Source: an uncultured Lentisphaeraceae bacterium
Lineage (GTDB): Bacteria > Verrucomicrobiota > Kiritimatiellia > RFP12 > UBA1067
Direction: 5' to 3'
DNA length: 14,258 nucleotides
NCBI GenBank assembly: GCA_964434815.1
Contig: CAYSXF010000018.1
Coordinates: 1-14,258 of the forward strand
The notes below the pieces were generated by a model, which searched no databases, was not told the DNA's origin, and worked only from the letters and a program-made list of their open reading frames with translations. Position numbers and translations under genes: made by a program. Below, piece after piece: positions 6,382-13,563 of the stretch; position 1 is the first letter of the stretch; each line of letters begins with the position of its first letter.

Positions 6382-7671
6382 TCACACATCGCGGGGATCG
6401 GTGATATGGCCGGTGAGGGCTGACGCCGCTGCCGTGTAGGGCGAGGCGAGGTAGATCTGCGAATCCTTTGAACCCATGCGTCCGATGAAGTTGCGGTTGG
6501 TCGTGCTGACCACCACTTCATTCCCGTGCGTGCGTCCGAAAGTGTCGATCGGCCCGCCCAAACAGGCCGCGCAGGAAGGCGGGGCGATGGGCTCGACGCC
6601 CGCCGCCTCGAAGATCGCGCGCAGGCTCTGGCCGTCGATCTTCGTGTCGACGAGGCCCTGCTCGACCTGCCGCGTGGCAGGCACCAGCAGCGTGCGCACG
6701 GCCACTTTGCGGCCCTTCATGATCTTCGCCGCCATGACGAAGTCCTCCAGCTTGCCGCCGGTGCAGGAGCCGATGTAGACGTGGTCGATCTTCACATCGC
6801 GGCACGTGCGCGCCAGCGCCTTGTTGTCCGGCAGGTGAGGCTTGGCCACGACTGGCTCGAGCTTGGAGACGTCGTAGCGGTACTCGCTCGCCACCTTGGC
6901 GTCCGGGTCGCTGTACAGCGGCTCGAACGGCTTCCGCGTGCGGGCTTTGACGTAGGCGAGCGTCTTCAGGTCAGGAGCGATGATGCCGTTCTTGGCCCCG
7001 GCCTCGACCGCCATGTTGCAGATCGTGCAGCGCTCCTCGATGCTCAGGGCCTCGATGGCCGAGCCGGTGAACTCCATGGCGCAGTAAGTCGCGCCGTCCA
7101 CGCCGATGTCGCCGATGATGTGCAGGATCAGGTCCTTGGCGGAAAGGTACGGGGGCATCTCGCCGTCCAGCACGAAGCGGATCGTCTGCGGCACCTTGAT
7201 CAGCAGCTTGCCGGTGCCCATGATGAAGCCCGCGTCGGTGTTGCCGATGCCGGTCGCGAACGCGCCGAGCGCGCCGTGCGTGCAGGTGTGGGAGTCCGTG
7301 CCGAAGATCGTCTCGCCGGGCCGCACGTGCCCGAGTTCCGGCAGGGCCACGTGGCAGACGCCGCAGTAGCTCGCCGTGCCCGGATCGTAGAAGTAGGGCA
7401 GGTGCTGCTCTTTGACAAACGCGCGCAGCGTGTCGACGTTGCGGTGGGCCTTCACGTCCTCGGTGTAGATGTAGTGGTCCGGCAGGATGACGATCATCTC
7501 GGGGTCGAAGACCTTGGCGTCCTTGCCGAACTCGCGCTGGAAGATGCCGATGGTCCCCGGCCCGCAGACGTCGTGCGTCAGCAGGATGCCGCAGTTGACC
7601 CAGATGTTATCTCCGGGGGAGATCAACTTCGCGCCCGACTCGCGGGCTAGGATTTTTTCAGTGATTGTCAT
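6382..7671 (-). CDS. leuC: 3-isopropylmalate dehydratase large subunit (LeuC, ~430-aa archaeal/type-2 LeuC/homoaconitase family)
   Basis: MTITEKIL..., aconitase-family motifs (GIFQREFG, DSHTCTHGALGAFATGIG, GSCTGG, STTNRNFIGRMG). Directly upstream of leuD on the same strand. Confidence 0.88.
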   Translation of the reverse strand: MTITEKILARESGAKLISPGDNIWVNCGILLTHDVCGPGTIGIFQREFGKDAKVFDPEMIVILPDHYIYTEDVKAHRNVDTLRAFVKEQHLPYFYDPGTASYCGVCHVALPELGHVRPGETIFGTDSHTCTHGALGAFATGIGNTDAGFIMGTGKLLIKVPQTIRFVLDGEMPPYLSAKDLILHIIGDIGVDGATYCAMEFTGSAIEALSIEERCTICNMAVEAGAKNGIIAPDLKTLAYVKARTRKPFEPLYSDPDAKVASEYRYDVSKLEPVVAKPHLPDNKALARTCRDVKIDHVYIGSCTGGKLEDFVMAAKIMKGRKVAVRTLLVPATRQVEQGLVDTKIDGQSLRAIFEAAGVEPIAPPSCAACLGGPIDTFGRTHGNEVVVSTTNRNFIGRMGSKDSQIYLASPYTAAASALTGHITDPRDV

Positions 7672-7704
7672 CGTTCGTGTTCTCCAAAAGAATCAGTTGT
7701 CGCT

Positions 7705-7775
7705 CTACGGCTCGAGGGGACGCTCTCCAAAGGACTTGCCCGGCCTAGGAGGGCGAGCGTCCCCGCGAGCCGTAG
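7705..7775 (-). promoter_or_regulatory. Long GC-rich hairpin (21-nt arms, 20/21 paired, ~29-nt loop with an internal GCCC/GGGC sub-stem) between the hypothetical gene and leuC. Candidate terminator of the dtd/hypothetical transcript or leuC leader structure.
   Basis: ctacggctcgaggggacgctc (7705-7725) against gagcgtccccgcgagccgtag (7755-7775). On minus-strand RNA it is followed ~12 nt later by UUCUUUU and then the leuC SD GGAGA. Confidence 0.45.
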
Positions 7776-7778
7776 GGG

Positions 7779-8495
7779 TTATCCCCGTCCTTGCACCAAT
7801 TTAAAAAAACGGTCTTGGTAATGCTCGAAAAGCCCGTTGTCTTGCAGCAGCTTGCCGAGCGACTTGACCAACCCCGGGTCCTTCGCGGCGGCTTGGAAGC
7901 CTTTCTCGATCTCTTCGCGCAGCCCAACGGGAATCCCATCCTGCATCTCGAACATGCGGCGCTCGTGCAGCTCGCGGATGTTGGCCTGGGCCGAGTTCTG
8001 GATCACCGTCCAAAAGAGCCGCACCAGGCAGACGTCCCACGGGTCGTCCACGCCCTTGATCACGGCGGCGAACGGGTCCTGCTTGGTGGTCACTTCCAGT
8101 TTGACGCGCTCCAGCACGGCTTCTGCGGTGTCGGTGAGCACCTGCTCGCTGAACGCCTCCTGCTTGAGCGTGTAGCCGTAGCGCAGGATGCGCACCGTGT
8201 CCTCGTGCTCCTTCAGCCATTCAAGGTACTGCTGGGCCTGTTCGCCGAAGCCCTCCAGCATCAGCGTCGAATAGGATGAGGGCGTGATGATCTGCGGCCG
8301 CAGCGCCTGCATGCGGCCCTCGCGGACGCGCACCTTCCCGATGGAGTCCATCAGCTCGCTCACCATGTGGTAGTTGATGATCGTGTTGCCGAAGGTCTCG
8401 ATATGGCGCTTGGGCGGCACCACGATCTCCGTGTTGTTGACGGCGAACCAGAAATCGAATTGTGAGGGTCTCTTACTCATGTCAAAGGCAAACAC
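7779..8495 (-). CDS. Conserved hypothetical protein (238 aa, no family recognised). Start is GTG at 8495 or ATG at 8480.
   Basis: Uninterrupted ORF with non-repetitive, acidic/aromatic composition unlike the Arg/Ala-rich antisense artefacts. Packed between dtd and leuC on the same strand. No convincing SD for either start. Confidence 0.55.
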   Translation of the reverse strand: MFAFDMSKRPSQFDFWFAVNNTEIVVPPKRHIETFGNTIINYHMVSELMDSIGKVRVREGRMQALRPQIITPSSYSTLMLEGFGEQAQQYLEWLKEHEDTVRILRYGYTLKQEAFSEQVLTDTAEAVLERVKLEVTTKQDPFAAVIKGVDDPWDVCLVRLFWTVIQNSAQANIRELHERRMFEMQDGIPVGLREEIEKGFQAAAKDPGLVKSLGKLLQDNGLFEHYQDRFFKLVQGRG

Positions 8496-8519
8496 TATAA
8501 CATGAAAGGCGGCCGCTTG

Positions 8520-8987
8520 TCACGATGGCGCGGAAGGCGAATTATCGGTCCGCAACTCGACCGTCACCGGGCCGTCGTTGAGCAGGCGGACCTTCATCTC
8601 TGCTCCGAAGACGCCGGTGCCGACGCGGCCCTCTCCGAGCGTCTGGCGGAGCTGGCGCACCAGTTCGTTGTAGAGCGGTTCGGCGTGTTCGGGCCGCGAG
8701 GCCTCGATGAAGCTCGGCCGGTTGCCCTTCTTGGTATCGGCATAAAGCGTGAACTGCGAGACCACGATCACCGACCCGCCGATGTCCGCGACCGACTTGT
8801 TCATCAGCCCCTGCTCGTCCTCGAAGATCCGCAGGGCCGGGATCTTGCGCGCCAGTTTTTCAACGTCTGCCAAACCGTCGCTATGCGTGATGCCGAGCAG
8901 GATCAGGAGCCCGCGGCCGATCTCCGAGATGATCTGTCCGTCGACTTCGACCGAGGCTTCGGAGACTCTCTGAATTAGCGCTTTCAT
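8520..8987 (-). CDS. dtd: D-aminoacyl-tRNA (D-Tyr-tRNA(Tyr)) deacylase
   Basis: [17 protein letters not shown]..., SQFTLYAD and NDGPVT motifs. ~150 aa, as expected for Dtd. Confidence 0.9.
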   Translation of the reverse strand: MKALIQRVSEASVEVDGQIISEIGRGLLILLGITHSDGLADVEKLARKIPALRIFEDEQGLMNKSVADIGGSVIVVSQFTLYADTKKGNRPSFIEASRPEHAEPLYNELVRQLRQTLGEGRVGTGVFGAEMKVRLLNDGPVTVELRTDNSPSAPS

Positions 8988-9004
8988 GGTAGGTTATGAG
9001 TCAA

Positions 9005-9186
9005 TAGTCACTGGTCACTAGTCATTGGTCATTGGGAAGTAGTCATTGGTCAACACACGTGAATGCTCCATTTCCGATCAGGTGTACCAGTGACCAATGA
9101 CCACTGACTCCTACTACTGACCAGTGACCAATGACCACTGACTCCTACTACTGACCAGTGACCCGTGCCTACTGACTACTGACCTT
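9005..9186. repeat. Complex intergenic repeat. Left arm has three direct GTCAYTGGTCA words (9007-9017, 9021-9031, 9042-9052). Right arm has a 34-bp tandem repeat x2.6 (9087-9120, 9121-9154, degenerate 9155-9186) built from the reverse-complement words TGACCAATGAC / TGACCAGTGAC. The last unit extends into the final 5 codons of the upstream CDS.
   Basis: Read directly. There are 11-bp perfect inverted repeats, GTCACTGGTCA (9007-9017) against TGACCAGTGAC (9118-9128, 9152-9162). Period between tandem copies is 34 bp. Confidence 0.85.
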
Positions 9187-12100
9187 CTTCCACACGCGCA
9201 GCAGCTCCGATACGCCCCACGCCTGCGCGCCGCAGCCGCGCGATACGTGCGGCTCGTCGCCGTCGCAGATCTCTGGCGTGTGACCTAAGCAGCCGGTGTT
9301 CACGAGCTCTACCGCCGACCCGAGCAGCGAGAGACCGGTTGAACGCGCGGCCTTGCCGTACACCTTGGCCAATGCCTCAACATACAAAGGGAACTGCCAC
9401 GTCCACGCTGTGCCGTTGTGGTAGGCGGGCTTGCGCCGCGTATCCTCGTCGCCCAGATAATGCGCCTGATACGGCCGGTGCGGGTCGTTCAGCAACACGC
9501 CGTCGCGCCACACGCCCATGTCCGCCAGCACCGGACGGTCGGCCAGACTGCGGATCGCGCCCGGCACGAGCAGGCATTCGCAGGCTCGGATAATCGACAC
9601 CTCCAGATCGCGGTCGGTCAGCACGCCGAGCGTGACGGCCAGCAATTGGTTCGGGCGCAGCGCGTCCTCTTGTTCGGCCTTCTCGGCGGGAACGCCCGGT
9701 GCCGCGCGCAGGCAGTCGGCGAGCCAGCCTTCCTTGACGATGAAGTAACGCGCCAGCGAATCTGACGCCTGGTCGGCCAGCGCGCCCCACGAAGCGTCGA
9801 TTTTGCGTGCCACGAGCCGCAGGCTGGCGATCCACAGCGCCTGAATCTCCACAGGATAACCTTCGCGCGGTGTCGCGGCTGGATAGTTGGTGTCCATCCA
9901 TGTGAAGTGCGGCGGGCTGTAGATGAGCCCGCTCTGGACATCCATATGGATCCCGTTGGGAGTGCCGTCGCGGTAGTGCGTGACGATCGAAACCAGCACT
10001 TCGCGTAACGTCCGCTTGCCGCAGGTCGCGTTGAGCACCGTATCGTCGTCGCCCGCCGCCATCAAGTCGCCTGCCGCCACGCAGAACCAGAGCGGCGCGT
10101 CCGACGTGTCGCGGTTGGCGTCGTCGTTGCCGCGGATCATATTGGGGAGCGTGCCTTGATGCTCGAAACGCCCGAATTCATTGAGAATCGCCAGCGACTC
10201 GCTGAACCGCCGGTCCGCGATCAGCCCGCGCAGAACGATGAGCGTGTCGCGTCCCCAGTCCAAAAACCATGGATAGCCCGCGATCACGGTGCGCAGCGCG
10301 TCGCGCCGCACCACGTAGAGCGACAAGGCCTGCGACAGCGCCTCGGGCAAGGCCAGAAAACCCTCCGCACTTCGCTCCCCCGAGGGTCGAGTGTCGAGCG
10401 TCGAGCGTCCGTCCTCCTTCGCCCAGCAGTCCTTCCGTGCCGCGGTCAGCGCAACTTTCTGCGTGCCCTCCAGCGGCAGTTCGAACCAGCCGGGACTGAA
10501 GAGGTCGCCAGCGCTGTCGAGGCCGCGCTCTTTCTCTTCGGGGTGGGCGACCATATAGGCCCAGTTCGGCTCGTGGTGGTAGCGGCCGCAGTCGGTCTCA
10601 AGGCTGAGGGTCTCTCCGCCTGCAGGCGTGAAAGTGAAACCGGCATCCGCAGCACACGTCGCCTCGGGCCACGCCCGTTCAGGGCCGAGGAAGGCTTTGG
10701 TTTTCTGATGGAAGCTGCGCCATTCGATGTCGGGCCGGACGATCACGGTCACCGCGTCATGCGGGTCAAGCCCGCCCGGTCTTTGATGGCGCGCGATGAC
10801 AAGACGCACGCGGTTGACGCCTTCTGCGATCTCGAGCCGGAACGTGAGCGGCACCCAGCAGCCCATGCCGCACGGCACTTTGAAAGACCACTCGGCGAAG
10901 CTCCCTCCGGGATCGGCCTCGAACGACGCGAGGCAGGCGGCGTTGATCTCCTGAGAATAGCCGCGGTGACGCAGCCAGGCGCGGCAGCGCGTCCAGAAGA
11001 TCATTTTTTCGACCGGCACCTTCGCGTCGGGATTGACGGCCAGCAGGCAGTCGTACTGGCTGCGGATCTCGCCCCAGGCCGCACGCACCTGCGCCATGGC
11101 GCCCGCGCCGTTCGACAGCACGGCATACGGACTGCCTTCCTTTCGCACCTGCACGCCGCTGACGCGCGTCAGGATGCGCGCGGCGCCGGCGGGAGGCAGC
11201 ACCAGAAGCGGCGTGGAGTCTCGCCGGATACCCTGCGGCGTGTAGATCGTGGTGACCAGCGAGCGGTGTTCGGCGCGGGTACCGCCTAACGACGGATCGT
11301 ATGGGTCGACCACGAGGAAGGCACCCCACTGGCCGTCGTCGAACAACACGGACGTTTCGGTCGTCAGCGTCCGCTCGCCCACCGTCATCGAAGCGTCGAA
11401 AGGATGTTCGGCACGCACCAGCAGCAGGTGACCCTCGGGAACCATCACCTGTCGGCGGGTGTCGGTCGGCCATGTCCAAACCGTGCGTGCGGGAAGCCCG
11501 CCGTCCTCACGTACGCAGAACGCGTCGGGATCGGCAACCATTGCAGCGCCCAGCGTGTCGGGGTCGCCCTCGAACGGCAACCGAGTATCGGGGTTGCCGG
11601 ATGCGAGTGCAAGCCTGACGCGCATGGACATCAGGTTGCGGCGGCGGAGAGCGATGGCGGCGGGCTCGCGTTCGGCTGAAAGAGGTGTCGCGGCGAAGCG
11701 CGTCCGATCCGTGCGCTCGATGTCGTCCGAGTCGCGCGTGAGGCAGCAGACGCGGCCGGGGCGCAGGCGCAACTGGCCGCGGGGGGAGAGCGCGAACGCT
11801 TCGCCGGACAGCAGGTCCCACGCCACAGGCGCGTCGAAGGCCTCGGTGTTCCAGTGTACCGTCTGGCTGTGGTCGCAGTCGAAATTCACCAGCACGAGCA
11901 GGGCTGTGCCGTTCGGGGCCTCGCGCCGCACCGCGATCACCGCGCCCTCGCCGTGCTGCACGAGGCGCAGGTGCGTGCCGGGCCCGAAGGCCGGGTGGCT
12001 GGCCAGTAGCGCATTCAGCCGCGCGATCTCGCCCACCTGGTTGCGCTCAGCGTCCCAGTTCAGCCCTGACGCGCCGTGCACTTCGATCTTCTCGGTGGCG

Positions 12101-13446
12101 AACCACTCCACGCCGTTGGAGATGCCGAAGCCGCCCTGGTGCGACAGCAGGGCTGAGAGCGCCACCCGCATGCGGGCGTAGGTCTCGCCGCGTGCGGCGA
12201 GGCGGTTGTTGTCGTGCGTCTCGGCGAAGTGGACCAGCGGGCCGCAGCGCTCTGCCAGCGGGATGGCGCGCGGCAGATACCACTCCATCGCACCGCGGTC
12301 CTCGGTCTGGAAAAGCTCGGAATAGGCCCAGTCGAGGTTGGCCTCGGTCAGCAGCGCCTCGGTCACTTCGACTTTGCCGCCCAGGCCTTCGAGCAGAAAG
12401 ACAGTGTCAGGATATTCCTCGCGCACGCGGGCCACAATATACGTCCAGATCTCGGCGGGGATCATGTAGCCCGCGTCGCAGCGGAAGCCGTCCACGCCTT
12501 GGCGGCACCAGAAAAGGAAGACGTCGGCCATGTAGGCGCGCAGGCGCGGGTCGCGGTAGTCCAGCTCCACCAAGTCGGCCCAGGTCACGCCCCACGCGCC
12601 GGGCGAGACGAACTGGCCGTCCGGCTTGCGGCGGTACCAGTCGGGGTGGTGCGTCTGCAGCGTGGCAGCCCAGCCGGTATGGTTGGCTGGCAGGTCCATG
12701 AAGAGGTAGCCGGCGCGGCTGTGGACTGCGTCGATCAGCTCGCGGAACTGGTCCAGCGGCGTGGCGCGCGAGTCGAACTCCGCCAGCGCGGGATCGACCG
12801 AGAGAAAGTCCAGCGCCGCAAACGCCGAGCCGAAGCGACCCATGCGCGCGAAAGTGACGGGCGTAGGGTGGACCGGCAGGAGCTGAACGATGCGGAAGCC
12901 CAAGGTCCCCATGATGTGGCCCAGCTTGCGGACCACGTCGCGGAACGAGCCGGAGGGCGGCAGCACGGTGTAGCCCAGATGGTCCAGCTCGCGCTCCTTG
13001 TCGCGGATCGCGTCCGTGCGCGGGTTGTGATGCAGCGACGCGCCGAACTGGCGCACGAAAGCGGTGTACATCGTGTTTGCGCACGCGGTGTGGGCCGGCT
13101 CGACCTTGATGCGCAGGTTATCGCCCTCCGGCCATTCGGGGACGCCGGAGCCGTGGGCGAAGAAGCAGGCCTTGCCCGCGAAGATGCCCACCTGCGTGAG
13201 CGGGATGCGCACGCTGAAAAGGCCCGGCGCGGTCTCGCGCATCGGCACGTCGTGCCAGTCGCGCGCCAGCGCCGGCTCGCCGGACTCGGTGCAGGCGATG
13301 ATCTCCTGGCGGCGGATAGGGGCCTGGCCCAGATTGGTGCGGAACACGGCGCGGCCTTTGCGCAGCACGCCAAGGCGCAGGCTGACCTCGAACAGATCGC
13401 CTGCCCATTTCAGATGAAAACTGCCGGGCTGTGGGGTATGGTGCAT
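9169..13446 (-). CDS. Giant alpha-glucan-active fusion protein. N-terminal GlgE-like (GH13) maltosyl/glucanotransferase domain, plus a central beta-sandwich, plus a C-terminal amylo-alpha-1,6-glucosidase (GDE_C, GH133-like) domain. Probable start is ATG at 13446; the ORF track extends to ATG at 13521 through AT-rich promoter-like sequence.
   Basis: GH13 regions present: DLPANHTG (I), GVDGFRCDAGYMIP (II), VFLLEGLGG (III), FAETHDN (IV). Overall pattern closely parallels GlgE (VQLLPVHPTP.., HPDWYRRKPDG vs HPEWFHHRPDG, the NALLASHPAF...LVLVNFDCDHSQ tail). C-terminal GYPWFLDWGRDT, HNGTAWTWQFP and GCGAQAWGVSELLRVW are hallmark GDE_C motifs. Nt 13447-13563 is ~43% GC against ~65% in the CDS. Confidence 0.8.
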   Translation of the reverse strand: MHHTPQPGSFHLKWAGDLFEVSLRLGVLRKGRAVFRTNLGQAPIRRQEIIACTESGEPALARDWHDVPMRETAPGLFSVRIPLTQVGIFAGKACFFAHGSGVPEWPEGDNLRIKVEPAHTACANTMYTAFVRQFGASLHHNPRTDAIRDKERELDHLGYTVLPPSGSFRDVVRKLGHIMGTLGFRIVQLLPVHPTPVTFARMGRFGSAFAALDFLSVDPALAEFDSRATPLDQFRELIDAVHSRAGYLFMDLPANHTGWAATLQTHHPDWYRRKPDGQFVSPGAWGVTWADLVELDYRDPRLRAYMADVFLFWCRQGVDGFRCDAGYMIPAEIWTYIVARVREEYPDTVFLLEGLGGKVEVTEALLTEANLDWAYSELFQTEDRGAMEWYLPRAIPLAERCGPLVHFAETHDNNRLAARGETYARMRVALSALLSHQGGFGISNGVEWFATEKIEVHGASGLNWDAERNQVGEIARLNALLASHPAFGPGTHLRLVQHGEGAVIAVRREAPNGTALLVLVNFDCDHSQTVHWNTEAFDAPVAWDLLSGEAFALSPRGQLRLRPGRVCCLTRDSDDIERTDRTRFAATPLSAEREPAAIALRRRNLMSMRVRLALASGNPDTRLPFEGDPDTLGAAMVADPDAFCVREDGGLPARTVWTWPTDTRRQVMVPEGHLLLVRAEHPFDASMTVGERTLTTETSVLFDDGQWGAFLVVDPYDPSLGGTRAEHRSLVTTIYTPQGIRRDSTPLLVLPPAGAARILTRVSGVQVRKEGSPYAVLSNGAGAMAQVRAAWGEIRSQYDCLLAVNPDAKVPVEKMIFWTRCRAWLRHRGYSQEINAACLASFEADPGGSFAEWSFKVPCGMGCWVPLTFRLEIAEGVNRVRLVIARHQRPGGLDPHDAVTVIVRPDIEWRSFHQKTKAFLGPERAWPEATCAADAGFTFTPAGGETLSLETDCGRYHHEPNWAYMVAHPEEKERGLDSAGDLFSPGWFELPLEGTQKVALTAARKDCWAKEDGRSTLDTRPSGERSAEGFLALPEALSQALSLYVVRRDALRTVIAGYPWFLDWGRDTLIVLRGLIADRRFSESLAILNEFGRFEHQGTLPNMIRGNDDANRDTSDAPLWFCVAAGDLMAAGDDDTVLNATCGKRTLREVLVSIVTHYRDGTPNGIHMDVQSGLIYSPPHFTWMDTNYPAATPREGYPVEIQALWIASLRLVARKIDASWGALADQASDSLARYFIVKEGWLADCLRAAPGVPAEKAEQEDALRPNQLLAVTLGVLTDRDLEVSIIRACECLLVPGAIRSLADRPVLADMGVWRDGVLLNDPHRPYQAHYLGDEDTRRKPAYHNGTAWTWQFPLYVEALAKVYGKAARSTGLSLLGSAVELVNTGCLGHTPEICDGDEPHVSRGCGAQAWGVSELLRVWKKVSSQ
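10386..10410 (-). repeat. Heptanucleotide tandem repeat (GTCGAGY)x3 within the giant CDS; encodes the low-complexity segment TLDTRPS
   Basis: gtcgagt gtcgagc gtcgagc gtcc read directly. Confidence 0.85.
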
Positions 13447-13563
13447 AATTTGCTGCTCGATAAATTCGAGCGATTCGAGTCTCGATTCCATCGATTGAAT
13501 CGATTTGTTCGACTTTACCATATCCCTTAGAGCGCGTATACTGGCACTTTTACAGGAAAAAGC
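13447..13563. promoter_or_regulatory. AT-rich divergent control region between the glucan-enzyme gene and metF. Three TCGATT motifs at exact 9-bp spacing (13482, 13491, 13500) plus GCGATT at 13470. Candidate metF promoter TTTACC (13514-13519), N17, TATACT (13537-13542). metF SD is AGGAAA.
   Basis: GC drops to ~43%. The periodic motif is tcgattcca tcgattgaa tcgatttgt tcgac. The -35/-10 spacing was counted by hand. Confidence 0.4.

Noticed and set aside
5784-6521. 245-aa version of leuD starting at GTG 6521
   Set aside because: The extra 63 residues are Arg/Pro/Ser-rich, overlap the 3' end of leuC and the terminator hairpin, and a canonical SD+ATG (MPKDTLIRG) sits at 6332, matching the normal LeuD N-terminus.
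6526-7650. 374-aa plus-strand ORF antisense to leuC, and 5778-6404 (+) antisense to leuD
   Set aside because: Arg/Ala/Val/Asp-rich low-information translations that overlap well-supported aconitase-family genes on the other strand.
7672-7778. T-box riboswitch or Leu leader-peptide attenuator upstream of leuC
   Set aside because: Region is only 107 nt (T-boxes are >200 nt), has no small ORF with consecutive Leu codons, and has no recognisable specifier/T-box sequence. Kept only as a generic hairpin.
8988-9168. tRNA or small-RNA gene in the 181-bp dtd-upstream gap, and a search of the other intergenic gaps
   Set aside because: No T-loop (GGTTCGANTCC-like) or cloverleaf-compatible segments. 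The sequence is entirely accounted for by the heptamer-word repeats. Other gaps are under 120 bp and are occupied by hairpins or promoter elements.
9087-9186. 34-bp direct repeats considered as a CRISPR array
   Set aside because: Only ~2.6 contiguous units with no intervening spacers, units built from the same 7-11-bp words as the left arm, and no cas genes. It is a tandem/inverted repeat, not CRISPR.
10156-13530. Several long plus-strand ORFs (10156-11289, 11459-12181, 12214-13530) inside the giant minus-strand gene
   Set aside because: Antisense GC-rich artefacts. The minus-strand frame has continuous GH13 and GDE_C motifs across the whole region.
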